Shown here: one piece after another, positions 1-8,977 of the stretch | How positions within the stretch are numbered: the first letter of the stretch is position 1 | Layout of the letters: each line of letters starts with the position of its first letter | Assembly (NCBI GenBank): GCA_902590695.1 | Contig: CACIXR010000006.1 | Span: 21,289 to 85,288, forward strand | Direction of reading: 5' to 3' | DNA from: an uncultured Alphaproteobacteria bacterium | GTDB lineage: Bacteria > Pseudomonadota > Alphaproteobacteria > HIMB59 > GCA-002718135 | Length of the DNA stretch: 64,000 bases | Translations under genes and position numbers: made by a program | The notes under the pieces: generated by a model | What the model was told of the DNA's origin: nothing | The model's database searches: none | What the model saw: only the letters and a program-made list of their open reading frames with translations

Positions 1-99
1 GATGCAAAAAGTGATGTTGCTGATGAGGTAATAGGACATCTATTTTTATTTATATCAATATATCTTATATATAATATGTCAGATATAATTTATATGTAA
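1..99 (+). CDS. 3' end of a truncated CDS (hydrophobic C-terminus)
   Basis: Frame 1 is open from base 1 to TAA at 97-99 (DAKSDVADEVIGHLFLFISIYLIYNMSDIIYM*) and is followed by a hairpin. Confidence 0.5.
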   Translation, partial: DAKSDVADEVIGHLFLFISIYLIYNMSDIIYM

Positions 100-102
100 C
101 AT

Positions 103-129
103 AAAGCTGGGGTTCAATTCCCAGCTTTT
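103..129. terminator. Hairpin terminator between convergent genes
   Basis: AAAGCTGGG (103-111) / CCCAGCTTT (120-128) inverted repeat. Confidence 0.7.
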
Positions 130-130
130 A

Positions 131-670
131 TCAACTTAAAGAAAATTCTTTTACTTTATGAAATGCAAAATGATCGGCAGCATGTTTTTTTGCATATAAA
201 ACTTCTTCTACGATACCTTCTTCATTAATCATTATATCTGTTACTACAGTGTTAAAATATCCTCCAAGAGGAATAGGCATGAATCCTCTTATTAAGGCCG
301 GAAAGATAGCGAATGTTTTATAAATTCCTGCTAAAAATAACTTAAACCAACTTCGCTCTATTGAATATTTTTGAAAATATTTAAATTCTTCATCAGCTAA
401 AACTGTAAATGGAATGGGGCCGTGCTTCTTCATATTTGATTTCAAAAGATTAACATTTGAATGAAAAATTCCTACGTGAGTGAAATTTGGACCAAATTCA
501 TTAAATCTTTTATTAAACTCAAGTAGTCTTAAGTTACAAAAAGTGCATCCAGCAACTCTATAAAAAGTTAATAAAACTTTTTTTCCTTTAGTATCTGATA
601 AATTAAATTGATTACCATCATGTCGAGGTAGGGTAATTTCTTCTAATTTATCTCCTTTTTTTATTTTCAT
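131..670 (-). CDS. Peroxiredoxin-like AhpC/TSA (redoxin) family protein
   Basis: Thioredoxin-fold N-terminus (GDKLEEITLP...LSDTKGKKVLLTFYR) with CxxC (GCTFC) and FTVLAD. Confidence 0.75.
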   Translation of the reverse strand: MKIKKGDKLEEITLPRHDGNQFNLSDTKGKKVLLTFYRVAGCTFCNLRLLEFNKRFNEFGPNFTHVGIFHSNVNLLKSNMKKHGPIPFTVLADEEFKYFQKYSIERSWFKLFLAGIYKTFAIFPALIRGFMPIPLGGYFNTVVTDIMINEEGIVEEVLYAKKHAADHFAFHKVKEFSLS

Positions 671-716
671 ACATAATCATAATACTATAAAAATAATAAT
701 TTAATATTAAATTCTA

Positions 717-1142
717 ATGACAATAATAATTATATTAAAGTTCATACATTACCTTGCAATAGTTTTTTCAGGCGGTGTTTTGGTTGGTGGTGGAGTAATA
801 CAGTCTGTTTATGCTAAGGCAAATCAAATTCCTGATTTAAATACAGCAAAGATATTAAAATTACTTGGTTACATAGGTTTGATATCTCTTATTATCTTAT
901 GGATATCAGGAATTATTCTTTCAATTAATTTATATGGAGGCTTTATTATTAATAGTGCATTTACAATCAAATTAATTGCTGCAGGTTTTCTTTTAGGCCT
1001 ATCTGCTTATGTAAATTTTCACGTTTTTAATTGCTCTAAAAATAATTTACCACCTAACAAATCTATAATGAAAATAGCTACAATGAGTGGAAGAGGGCTG
1101 TTAGTAATAGTTTTAATTGCAGCAGCAATTGCATTTTATTAA
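717..1142 (+). CDS. Hypothetical 4-TM membrane protein
   Basis: Four hydrophobic segments; His in TM1 (FIHYLA). Confidence 0.6.
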   Translation: MTIIIILKFIHYLAIVFSGGVLVGGGVIQSVYAKANQIPDLNTAKILKLLGYIGLISLIILWISGIILSINLYGGFIINSAFTIKLIAAGFLLGLSAYVNFHVFNCSKNNLPPNKSIMKIATMSGRGLLVIVLIAAAIAFY

Positions 1143-1152
1143 ATTCAAATAA

Positions 1153-2232
1153 TTAAATTTTCTTTCCAACACTTATTGATTTGATGTCAGTAATTTTAGT
1201 GTATCTATTGATCATCTGTTCTGTCTTGTGCCCACTCATTTTCATAATTTCGTGAGTTAATGCACCATTCATTCTTGCTTGTGTAATTGCACCTATTCTC
1301 AGACTGTGACCTGATATTTTATCACAATCATTTAGTCCGGCTAGACGGGCTCTTTTTTTTAAAATTAAAACAAAACTTGTATCTGTTAAACTAATTTTTT
1401 TATTATTGTCATTTAATTCATATTTTATAATAGAATTTGCTTTGTCAATTCTGTAAAAGAGGGGGCCAGAGTTTATCATAGATACCTCTAACCATTTGTT
1501 AAGAGCTCTAATTGGACAATATAATTCACTATCATCTCTTTTTTGCAAATATATTATTCTACCTTCACCTTTTTGGTCAGTTTTTGAAAATGGTATTAAA
1601 ATTTGAATTCCACCATTATCATAAGTTAAATGTTCATATCTCATTCCCAGTAATTCTGATCTTCTACAAAAACTAAAATACCCAACTAATATAAGAGCTT
1701 TATCTCTAATATTTTTATAATCATCAGTATCATCTGGAATTGAATTGATAATTTGCTCAATATCTTTTCTTAATAACTCTTTAGCTTGACCCGATTTATT
1801 ATTTTTTTCGTTTCTAACTATTGCTCCAATAGTTTCAGAAATATTATTGTTTTTTCTGTCAAATTGAAAACCGTTTATCCTATATTTATATGTTATTGAT
1901 GCTAAAATTCTTTGAATTGTAGATGCTTTATAAGCAGATGACGAGTAGGGGTTATTATTAATTTTTTCTCTACCTGGAATGTTGCTTGTTCCCTTCAATA
2001 TTTTCGCTTCTGGATCTTCATGGAGCCAATCTAAGTAATTACAAGTTAATGCATAAGCGCTTTCTAAATCATCAACCTCTAAAGGACTACAATTATGCTT
2101 ATTTTTACAATAATCGATAAATTTAAGCCAATCTCCCTGATATTTATCTTGTGTATTTTTGGCTTTAGATTTTTCTTTTAATTTCTTTACATTTTCATTT
2201 AATAATATCTTTACCATAACAAAATAATACAT
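1153..2232 (-). CDS. Cre-like tyrosine recombinase/integrase (true start possibly ATG at 2217)
   Basis: Catalytic residues R (CRRSEL), K (SKTDQKGEG), HxxR (GHSLR), H (SGHK) and Y (MINRY); N-terminal SAM-like domain. Confidence 0.9.
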   Translation of the reverse strand: MYYFVMVKILLNENVKKLKEKSKAKNTQDKYQGDWLKFIDYCKNKHNCSPLEVDDLESAYALTCNYLDWLHEDPEAKILKGTSNIPGREKINNNPYSSSAYKASTIQRILASITYKYRINGFQFDRKNNNISETIGAIVRNEKNNKSGQAKELLRKDIEQIINSIPDDTDDYKNIRDKALILVGYFSFCRRSELLGMRYEHLTYDNGGIQILIPFSKTDQKGEGRIIYLQKRDDSELYCPIRALNKWLEVSMINSGPLFYRIDKANSIIKYELNDNNKKISLTDTSFVLILKKRARLAGLNDCDKISGHSLRIGAITQARMNGALTHEIMKMSGHKTEQMINRYTKITDIKSISVGKKI

Positions 2233-2257
2233 TACGATAATTACAGTTATCGTAAAT
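2230..2257. other. Putative tyrosine-recombinase target site (dif/lox-like, 9-6-9)
   Basis: TTACGATAA (2232-2240), TTACAG spacer, TTATCGTAA (2247-2255): a perfect inverted repeat with a 6-bp asymmetric spacer abutting the recombinase start. Confidence 0.7.
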
Positions 2258-2375
2258 AATAGTCAAGTAATAAATATTATAATTATAAATCAGTATTTTA
2301 AATATATTATTTAAATCTATTTCTAATATTACAAACTAGATATAGATTTTCACGTGTAATAAAATACTGTATATA

Positions 2376-3110
2376 GTGTATCAAATGGAACAATTACCGC
2401 AGATTTCAGCTGATTCCCAGATCTTTGTATTAACGGGTGCTGGTATAAGTAAAGAGTCTGGGATTGAAACATTTAGAGACTCTGATGGACTATGGAATAA
2501 TCATAGAATTGAGGATGTTGCGAGTCAGGAAGGATTCCATAGAAACCCTACTCTTGTCTATGATTTTTATAATAAACGTCGAAAAGAACTAAATTCAGGA
2601 ATTAAGCCAAATAGGGCTCATATACTTCTTCATGAATTAGAAAAAACATATAAAATTCATATAGTTACACAAAATATCGATAATTTGCATGAGATCGGAG
2701 GATCATCATCAATAATTCACATGCATGGTGAGCTAAATAAAGCTAGATGTATTATGAATGATAATCATGTATTTGAGTGGCTAGAAGACCTAAATGAGAC
2801 CCATAAATGCCCTAAATGCGGCTCTCAAATGAGACCTCACATTGTATGGTTTGGTGAAATGCCTATACAAATGGATGAAATTCATGATTTAGCTGAACGA
2901 TCAAGTCTATTTGTTTCTATAGGCACTTCAGGACAAGTCTACCCTGCTGCCGGTTTCGTTTCGATGTTTAAAGATATGCGCAAACCAACAATTGAATTAA
3001 ATCTGGAGCCATCAAGTAATCAAGATCAATTTGATTTTGCTATTCATAAACCTGCTACAGTTGCTGTTGAAGAATTTAAGAACTTACTTTTAAAGAATTT
3101 AAAAAACTAA
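2376..3110 (+). CDS. cobB: NAD-dependent protein deacylase (sirtuin class III)
   Basis: TGAGISKESGIETFR, FYNKRR, TQNIDNLHE, HMHGEL, CPKCG, RPHIVWFGE, GTSGQVYPAA. Confidence 0.92.
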   Translation: MYQMEQLPQISADSQIFVLTGAGISKESGIETFRDSDGLWNNHRIEDVASQEGFHRNPTLVYDFYNKRRKELNSGIKPNRAHILLHELEKTYKIHIVTQNIDNLHEIGGSSSIIHMHGELNKARCIMNDNHVFEWLEDLNETHKCPKCGSQMRPHIVWFGEMPIQMDEIHDLAERSSLFVSIGTSGQVYPAAGFVSMFKDMRKPTIELNLEPSSNQDQFDFAIHKPATVAVEEFKNLLLKNLKN

Positions 3111-3193
3111 TTTATTCACATTCTTAAATTTTTTTTAACAAAAAAATTTTTCTAGAACTTTCTTTATAAAGAATCATTCGCATTAATGTTTTT

Positions 3194-3649
3194 ATGACAA
3201 GAAAACGCCCTGATTACACTGAAGCGCGTAATTATTACATAAAAGGAGAGAGAAATGAGTATCCTACTCTTCAAGATATCGCTACAGAATTCAATTATTC
3301 TTTATCAACACTAAGAAAACAAGCAGCAAACGAAGGGTGGCTGACAAAAAGAAAAGAAAGAATTGATCTAAAAGAAACAATAAAGATGAGAAAGGAATTT
3401 ATGGGAAAAGCATCTAAGCTCACTAATGTTTCCTTCAATGCAATCAGTGCTGCAGAATATATAATCAATAAAATTCAAGAAGATCAAAAGCAAATTGATT
3501 TAGGAAATAAAATTTTTGATGTACACATAGCTACAAAGCAAATTTGGGCCTTAAATAATGCTATGAAACTTGTGGAAAGAAGTCAACAAACACTTGATGA
3601 GATTGAAAATGGACATATGTCCCCTCTTGATGATTTTTCGTTTTTATAA
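3194..3649 (+). CDS. HTH plus coiled-coil protein, terminase-small-subunit-like N-terminus
   Basis: YPTLQDIATEFNYSLSTLRKQAANEGW HTH followed by a helical region. Confidence 0.5.
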   Translation: MTRKRPDYTEARNYYIKGERNEYPTLQDIATEFNYSLSTLRKQAANEGWLTKRKERIDLKETIKMRKEFMGKASKLTNVSFNAISAAEYIINKIQEDQKQIDLGNKIFDVHIATKQIWALNNAMKLVERSQQTLDEIENGHMSPLDDFSFL

Positions 3650-3702
3650 TTTTTAACGATTTAAAAAAATTCTTCTACGAAACACAATTAATTTGAGTGA
3701 AC

Positions 3703-4257
3703 CTATTTTTTTAAAATATGTAAGATGGCATATTTTCCAGATAAGACTGAAGAACTGAGTATTGCATCATTATATTTTTTTTCAAATTCAATTTGTGGCA
3801 ATGCTCCAAAGCTTTCTTTTATTTCTATATTTAGAGCATAAGCTTTAATATTATATACATGCATTCCGTGCGGTGGACATGGTCCATCATAATTTTCTTT
3901 ATAATTACTGTTTTGGCCACTCTTGCCAATACCAATTTTACCATCTTTCATTGCTGGCAATTCGTTCACGTCAGTTGGGATATCAAATAATACCCAATGA
4001 ACCCAAATTTTACCTGCCAGGCTCATTGCATCTGGATCATCCATTATTAATACAATTGATTTAGCATTTTCAGGGACATCAGAGATATTTATTGGAATAG
4101 ATATATTCTCACCCCCTCTTTTCTCACATGCATACTTTTTTGGTATACTTTCTCCATTATTAAATGCTGGAGATGTTATTTCTATAGCATTACAACTAAA
4201 AGATAATAATAAAAGTGTTGATAAAAAATATTTAATCATATTTTTATAATAAAACAT
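3703..4257 (-). CDS. YbhB/YbcL (PEBP/RKIP) family exported protein
   Basis: Signal peptide; ITSPAF, DDPDA, WVHWV, YDGPCPP, HxY. Confidence 0.9.
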   Translation of the reverse strand: MFYYKNMIKYFLSTLLLLSFSCNAIEITSPAFNNGESIPKKYACEKRGGENISIPINISDVPENAKSIVLIMDDPDAMSLAGKIWVHWVLFDIPTDVNELPAMKDGKIGIGKSGQNSNYKENYDGPCPPHGMHVYNIKAYALNIEIKESFGALPQIEFEKKYNDAILSSSVLSGKYAILHILKK

Positions 4258-4435
4258 TTTAATAAATTAATATTAAACAAATATTAATAATAATTTTTAA
4301 CAAAAAAATTAAACATCCTAAATGTTTCCTGTAAAATAGAATTTCTTGGACTTTAAAAAAAGTCTTATTATATTAATCATTGAAGATAGAAAGCATATTT
4401 AGCAATTAAAATATCGTTAATAAAAAACATATTCT

Positions 4436-5044
4436 ATGAAAGAAACTTACTATAAGCCTTTTGGACCTACAATAGGTAAATATAATTTATCACATACAAT
4501 GATTGGTAAAGTTAATTCATTTGCAAACAAAATAATTGAAAATAAACACAAAAGTAAAGTATTGGATCACTCACATAGATTAGTGGGAAATGTTCAGCAA
4601 CAATTTCGCTTAACAAAAGATTTTCTTTTTACTAGCGGTTTAGAAAAACAACTTAACCGTATTATTGAATCTTATTACAAAAACGTTATTCAAGTTAAAC
4701 CCTCTTCCATAAAAATTGATCGCGCATGGATCGTTAGACAATTTGCTGGTGATTTTAATCCTCCGCATATTCATAGAGGTAACGTTAGTGGAGTGTGTTA
4801 TCTTGAGGTTCCAAATTCTATTAAATATAACAAAGAGATTGCTTTTGCTGGAAGACTCTCTTTTTTTGATGGTCGTGTCTCCATGCCACGTAATAGCCCT
4901 CCTTTGGTAAAGCATAGGATTACCTTCAAACCTCGTGTCGGAGATATTTATATATTTCCTGCTTTTTTAATGCATGATGTTCATCCTTTTCGTAAAGATG
5001 GCGAACGAAGATGTTTTTCTTTTAATGCATTTGTAAAAACTTAA
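4436..5044 (+). CDS. 2OG-Fe(II) oxygenase superfamily protein (TIGR02466-like)
   Basis: FNPPHIH, SGVCYL, IFPAFLMHDVHPF, RRCFSFN. Confidence 0.8.
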   Translation: MKETYYKPFGPTIGKYNLSHTMIGKVNSFANKIIENKHKSKVLDHSHRLVGNVQQQFRLTKDFLFTSGLEKQLNRIIESYYKNVIQVKPSSIKIDRAWIVRQFAGDFNPPHIHRGNVSGVCYLEVPNSIKYNKEIAFAGRLSFFDGRVSMPRNSPPLVKHRITFKPRVGDIYIFPAFLMHDVHPFRKDGERRCFSFNAFVKT

Positions 5045-5160
5045 AATTTATTTTGTATTAGTCTACGTTATTGATCTTTTTCTATCAATCCTTCTACTTT
5101 ATTTTGTTCATAAGAGGAGATTGTTAAGGATTATCCTCTATAATTAAAGTATATGTCAGC

Positions 5161-5195
5161 TGGGTGAGTGGTAAGGCCTATCACTTACCCATTTT
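5161..5195 (+). terminator. Rho-independent terminator
   Basis: 13-bp stem TGGGTGAGTGGTA/TATCACTTACCCA (two G-U pairs on the + strand) followed by TTTT. Confidence 0.7.
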
Positions 5196-5612
5196 CTAAT
5201 TAGTTTGAGGCTCAACTGTTATTAATTTTTTATTAATCCATGAGTTGATACCACTTTGTGCATTGTAAATAATAATATCAAATTCTTTATCCATCATTTT
5301 AGCGATTATTTTTGATCTTTTTCCCGATCTACAGATTAAGATTATTGGGTTAGATACATTTATTTCTAGTTGTAATTTTTCGTACCATTCATCAAAATTA
5401 TAATTTCCCTCTTCATCGAAAAAAGTTAGTAAAATACTATTTGGAATAACGCCGGTTTGATCCCACTCTGAACTTCTTCTTACATCTACAATTGGAATAT
5501 TATCGTTTGATAATTTTATCATTTCTTGATCATCGACATCTATAACTTCTGCAAATGCAAATTTAACAATCGATAAACCAACTATAATGTTTATATAAAA
5601 TCTAATATTCAT
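5196..5612 (-). CDS. Exported rhodanese-like domain protein
   Basis: Signal peptide; IVDVRRSSEW, GVIPNS, active-site LICRSGKRS. Confidence 0.85.
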   Translation of the reverse strand: MNIRFYINIIVGLSIVKFAFAEVIDVDDQEMIKLSNDNIPIVDVRRSSEWDQTGVIPNSILLTFFDEEGNYNFDEWYEKLQLEINVSNPIILICRSGKRSKIIAKMMDKEFDIIIYNAQSGINSWINKKLITVEPQTN

Positions 5613-5652
5613 TAACTTTCTTCACAATAAGTTTGGTAGTTATTTAAAAGAA

Positions 5653-6021
5653 TTAGTCGTGTTCTCCACCTGGATCATTTTTTGGCAAAGCAACTTTATA
5701 AGGATTGCCATATTTATCTCTATAAATAACGCTACCTCGTGCTCTATTCGCTGAATGGTAACCTTCTCTAAATTTATAGACATTCTCAGATATTTTAAAA
5801 GTAGCAATAGTGATAGCAATGGCTGCGATTAAAAGAAAATGTGTAGCAAAAGTTACTCCCATTACATACCACGATCCTACATAAAGACTGAATGCGATAC
5901 ACCACATCCATGCTAATATTTGTAATACCATGTGTCTGACTTGTAGGTCGGGAATGTGCTTTAGTGGGTTAAAATCGTGACTCATAACACTATCCCAGCA
6001 TTCGACTATAAATTGTCTCAT
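5653..6021 (-). CDS. Hypothetical 2-TM membrane protein
   Basis: Clean ORF; WDSVM...NPLKHIPD...WMWC motif followed by two hydrophobic helices. Confidence 0.65.
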   Translation of the reverse strand: MRQFIVECWDSVMSHDFNPLKHIPDLQVRHMVLQILAWMWCIAFSLYVGSWYVMGVTFATHFLLIAAIAITIATFKISENVYKFREGYHSANRARGSVIYRDKYGNPYKVALPKNDPGGEHD

Positions 6022-6069
6022 AGTAAATAAATAGGTCTTTATTTTAAATAATAAATACCTTGTTAAATA

Positions 6070-6372
6070 TTAGTAATTTTCAACTATACTATACGTGTTT
6101 TCTTGAACTATTTCTCCTAGCTTACTTCCATCATTAATCATAAGTTTTAAATCTGAATGACTTCTAACTAAGTCTCTCGTTTTGCCTAAATGTTCAAAAT
6201 TATCAAAATTACAATTAAAAGAAATATGACCCCACATATTTCCAGACATAATTGCTATTGTGCATTTGTTAGCACCTTGATCTTTCCATAACTTTGCAAA
6301 TTTTTTAACATTTTCCATTGCCTGATCGTTTTGACCAGGAAAAGGTTTCATAATCCACTGTATTCTAACCAT
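6070..6372 (-). CDS. Small dimeric alpha+beta barrel (NIPSNAP-like) protein
   Basis: Strong RBS AAGGAG; beta-alpha-beta pattern (KPFPGQ...FDNFEHLG). Confidence 0.55.
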   Translation of the reverse strand: MVRIQWIMKPFPGQNDQAMENVKKFAKLWKDQGANKCTIAIMSGNMWGHISFNCNFDNFEHLGKTRDLVRSHSDLKLMINDGSKLGEIVQENTYSIVENY

Positions 6373-6392
6373 ATTTCTCCTTTCTAAATAAT

Positions 6393-6875
6393 TTAGTTTG
6401 GCATTTCTATTGACGTAACAAAGTTTAAGGTATCGCCACCCATAAATTGAACACCATTTAAATAGCTACCTCCACCAGTCACTCCTTCAAACTTACCTGT
6501 TCCCGAAATAAATGTCCAATCTCCTCCACCTTTAGCGGGTTCCCAATTTCCACTTGTCAGAAAAAGATCACCATCAGTGTCATGTACTGTACACATAAAA
6601 AATCCTGCTAGAGGTATGCCATCTTTATTTGCAATACCTTTACCCTTACAGTCTGCCATAACTTCTTTAGGCCACCCTTCTGGAGCATCATCATAAATCC
6701 AAAAAGAATCATTGCTCCAGTTCCAAATTTGAGCTTCACTAGCTGTTACTATCGGTGCTTCAAAGCCACTTGTATTATATGCGGTTCCAGTAAATTCATA
6801 TTTTTCACCAGCAAATGCAGAGCCAAACATTAAAAAAATGGAAGACATCAAGATTAGTAATAATTTATTTTTCAT
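6393..6875 (-). CDS. Exported beta-barrel protein (allene oxide cyclase/dirigent-like)
   Basis: Signal peptide ending AFA; DTDGD and ISGTGKFEGVTGGGSY motifs. Confidence 0.55.
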   Translation of the reverse strand: MKNKLLLILMSSIFLMFGSAFAGEKYEFTGTAYNTSGFEAPIVTASEAQIWNWSNDSFWIYDDAPEGWPKEVMADCKGKGIANKDGIPLAGFFMCTVHDTDGDLFLTSGNWEPAKGGGDWTFISGTGKFEGVTGGGSYLNGVQFMGGDTLNFVTSIEMPN

Positions 6876-6952
6876 ATTATTCCTCTTTTGTTTGTATATT
6901 TTGATATATTTTTATTTAGGTATTAAAATTTCACAGTTCAATAATAATTTCA

Positions 6953-7231
6953 TTACAGAACTTTTAATAAATCCTCATCATCAATCATTGCTTCAACTTG
7001 AGGAAAAGTACACATAGGCGCCCAACTCATCATGAAACTGTGAAGTTTTTCATGACTTTCTGCATCTACGATTACATAACCATAGCCACTTGCTGAATTA
7101 TGAACTCTAGCAATTTTAGTTACTCCTTCAGGAAATTCAGCATCTCTTTCTTCTTGAGTCATATTTTTAAATAACTCTTGCGCAGCTGATTTCTTATCAT
7201 CATATACAACATACTTTAAGTGATATAACAT
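6953..7231 (-). CDS. DUF3303-like small protein
   Basis: PEGVTKIARVH...GYGYVIVDAES...WAP pattern; RBS AAGGA. Confidence 0.7.
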   Translation of the reverse strand: MLYHLKYVVYDDKKSAAQELFKNMTQEERDAEFPEGVTKIARVHNSASGYGYVIVDAESHEKLHSFMMSWAPMCTFPQVEAMIDDEDLLKVL

Positions 7232-7452
7232 TTTTTATCCTTTCAATTTAATTAATTTCTAAAAATTATAATTTAATTGAAAATTATTAAAAAATTATGA
7301 ATTGAAAAAATAGATCAAACATCTTTAAGAAGATTGTTAAGAACTCTGCTATATAAATATTTCATGTCTATAATGCATCCAAAGCATTTATCTAAGATTA
7401 AAAAATATGTAACAAAAAGGTGTTAAAGTTATTGCAAAAGAAAGGAAAAATT

Positions 7453-7821
7453 ATGGACTCAAAAGCATTAGTAGAACAATGTTACGATCTCTTTGGAAAA
7501 GGTGACATGGAAGGTTTTATGAATATAGTACACGATGATTTTATTTGGGTATATCCAGGTGATAAGCATCCATTTTCTGGAACTCATAATAAAGAGGGTT
7601 TTCAAAAACAATTAATGAAAACTCCTGAGCTTTGGACCAATTTTAAAGTTACGATAGAATCAATGATCAGCGAAGGTGATAAAGTTTTTGTAAATGCAAA
7701 AGCAACTGCTGAAGGCATGGATACAATTTTTGGACACTATATGGAAGTAAAAGATGATAAGTTGTCAAAGTTTATCGCTTATGATGATACTTTAAGTATG
7801 TTTAATGCAATGAAAAAATAG
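7453..7821 (+). CDS. SnoaL/NTF2-like protein
   Basis: YDLFGKGDMEG, HDDFIW, SEGDKV; RBS AAAGGA before ATG 7453. Confidence 0.8.
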   Translation: MDSKALVEQCYDLFGKGDMEGFMNIVHDDFIWVYPGDKHPFSGTHNKEGFQKQLMKTPELWTNFKVTIESMISEGDKVFVNAKATAEGMDTIFGHYMEVKDDKLSKFIAYDDTLSMFNAMKK

Positions 7822-7836
7822 ATTTTATAAAAATTT

Positions 7837-7870
7837 CATTAGAGGGGATTAACTCCCCTCAAATGTTTTT
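7837..7870 (+). terminator. Rho-independent terminator
   Basis: GAGGGGA/TCCCCTC stem followed by a T-run. Confidence 0.65.
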
Positions 7871-7910
7871 AAAAGAATACAAATTTCAATTGTAAGAAAG
7901 GAGTTTAATT

Positions 7911-8186
7911 ATGAAAATTATATCACACGCAAAATTAACTAAAGGTTATGAACATTGGAAACAAGCATTTGATGAAAACGAAAGTTTAAGACAAGAATAT
8001 GGGGTTACTGTATTAGCTTACGGACATCCCAAAGATAAAAAAGATGAAATTTATACTGTTCTTCAGGTTGAGTCTATGGAGCAAATGCAAGAAATGCTGA
8101 ATTTGCCTTCAATGGTAAAATTAAGAACAGAAGCAGGAGTAGATCTTGAAACTCAAACATTCATTATGTTAGAAGGTGGAAATTAA
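7911..8186 (+). CDS. Small alpha+beta barrel protein (DUF3764-like), paralog of 31074..31343
   Basis: GYEHWKQAFD...VLAYGHPKD...KLRTEAGVDL; RBS AAGGAG. Confidence 0.65.
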   Translation: MKIISHAKLTKGYEHWKQAFDENESLRQEYGVTVLAYGHPKDKKDEIYTVLQVESMEQMQEMLNLPSMVKLRTEAGVDLETQTFIMLEGGN

Positions 8187-8195
8187 TATTATAAT

Positions 8196-8585
8196 ATGTC
8201 TAATCCTTTTATTTTAATAGCTAGAATACGCGTAAAAGAAGGTAAGGTTGATGAGTATCTTAAGATAGCAAAAGAAGCTGATGACGCCGTTAATGATTCA
8301 GAACCAGATATGCTAATCCATACTTTTGATCAAGATCCAACAGATCCATTAGAATTTACCTGGAGTGAAGTCTACCGCACCAGTGAAGCGATGGTTCATC
8401 ACATTAATAACCCTCCTGTTGTATCTTATGTAGAAAAACATCAAGAAATAGCCGATAAATTTGAAATAGAAGTTTACGGAAATATTACTGATGAGACTAT
8501 TAAAGCCATTGAAGCTCTCAATGTACCCTTCAAGCACTTTAAAACAACAGAAGTTGGTTACATAAGAAAAGAAAAATTTATTTAA
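8196..8585 (+). CDS. Antibiotic biosynthesis monooxygenase (ABM) family protein
   Basis: RVKEGKVDEY, SEPDML, WSEVY, HINNP. Confidence 0.75.
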   Translation: MSNPFILIARIRVKEGKVDEYLKIAKEADDAVNDSEPDMLIHTFDQDPTDPLEFTWSEVYRTSEAMVHHINNPPVVSYVEKHQEIADKFEIEVYGNITDETIKAIEALNVPFKHFKTTEVGYIRKEKFI

Positions 8586-8592
8586 TTTAATG

Positions 8593-8622
8593 AAAAAAAG
8601 CACTCTAGTTTGAGTGCTTCTT
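8593..8622. terminator. Bidirectional terminator
   Basis: AAGCACTC/GAGTGCTT stem with a flanking A-run between convergent genes. Confidence 0.7.
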
Positions 8623-8625
8623 AAA

Positions 8626-8943
8626 TTAAGAAGTAGGAGGAGAAAAATCTACTTTATTTCCCATTTCTCTTACTTTGTTTAAATCAACTGACTCTAAAGT
8701 TACTGCTTCTGTAAGAGTTCCTGCTGCTTTTGCTTTTAATGCACATGCAGCCATACTTTCAAATGAGTCTGCTTCAGTAATCATGACAAAATCATACTGC
8801 CCTCTTGTTATATGATAATCAATTAATTTGCCCCCAACACTGCTAACCATTTTTTCCATAGCTGCTTTTCTGTCTGAGTCTCCATTAATGATACCATCTG
8901 CACCTTTTTGGGAATAAATACCTAATGATATAAAAATTGACAT
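8626..8943 (-). CDS. GYD domain protein
   Basis: SVGGKLIDYHITRGQYDFV; RBS AAGGAG. Confidence 0.85.
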   Translation of the reverse strand: MSIFISLGIYSQKGADGIINGDSDRKAAMEKMVSSVGGKLIDYHITRGQYDFVMITEADSFESMAACALKAKAAGTLTEAVTLESVDLNKVREMGNKVDFSPPTS

Positions 8944-8977
8944 TTAATAATCTCCTTTCAATTTAATAATTATAAAT

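Noticed and set aside
1153-3649. Prophage, or a Sir2 anti-phage (Thoeris/DSR-like) system
   Set aside because: No capsid, portal or large terminase genes; the sirtuin has canonical CobB motifs and a Zn-ribbon and lacks defence partner genes
4436-5044. 2OG oxygenase as PhnY* of oxidative phosphonate cleavage
   Set aside because: HxH/TIGR02466-type motifs, no HD-domain phnZ neighbour, and outside the phn block
5196-8943. Integron cassette array driven by the recombinase
   Set aside because: No repeated attC-like sites seen, gene orientation is mixed, and the recombinase looks Cre-like rather than IntI-like
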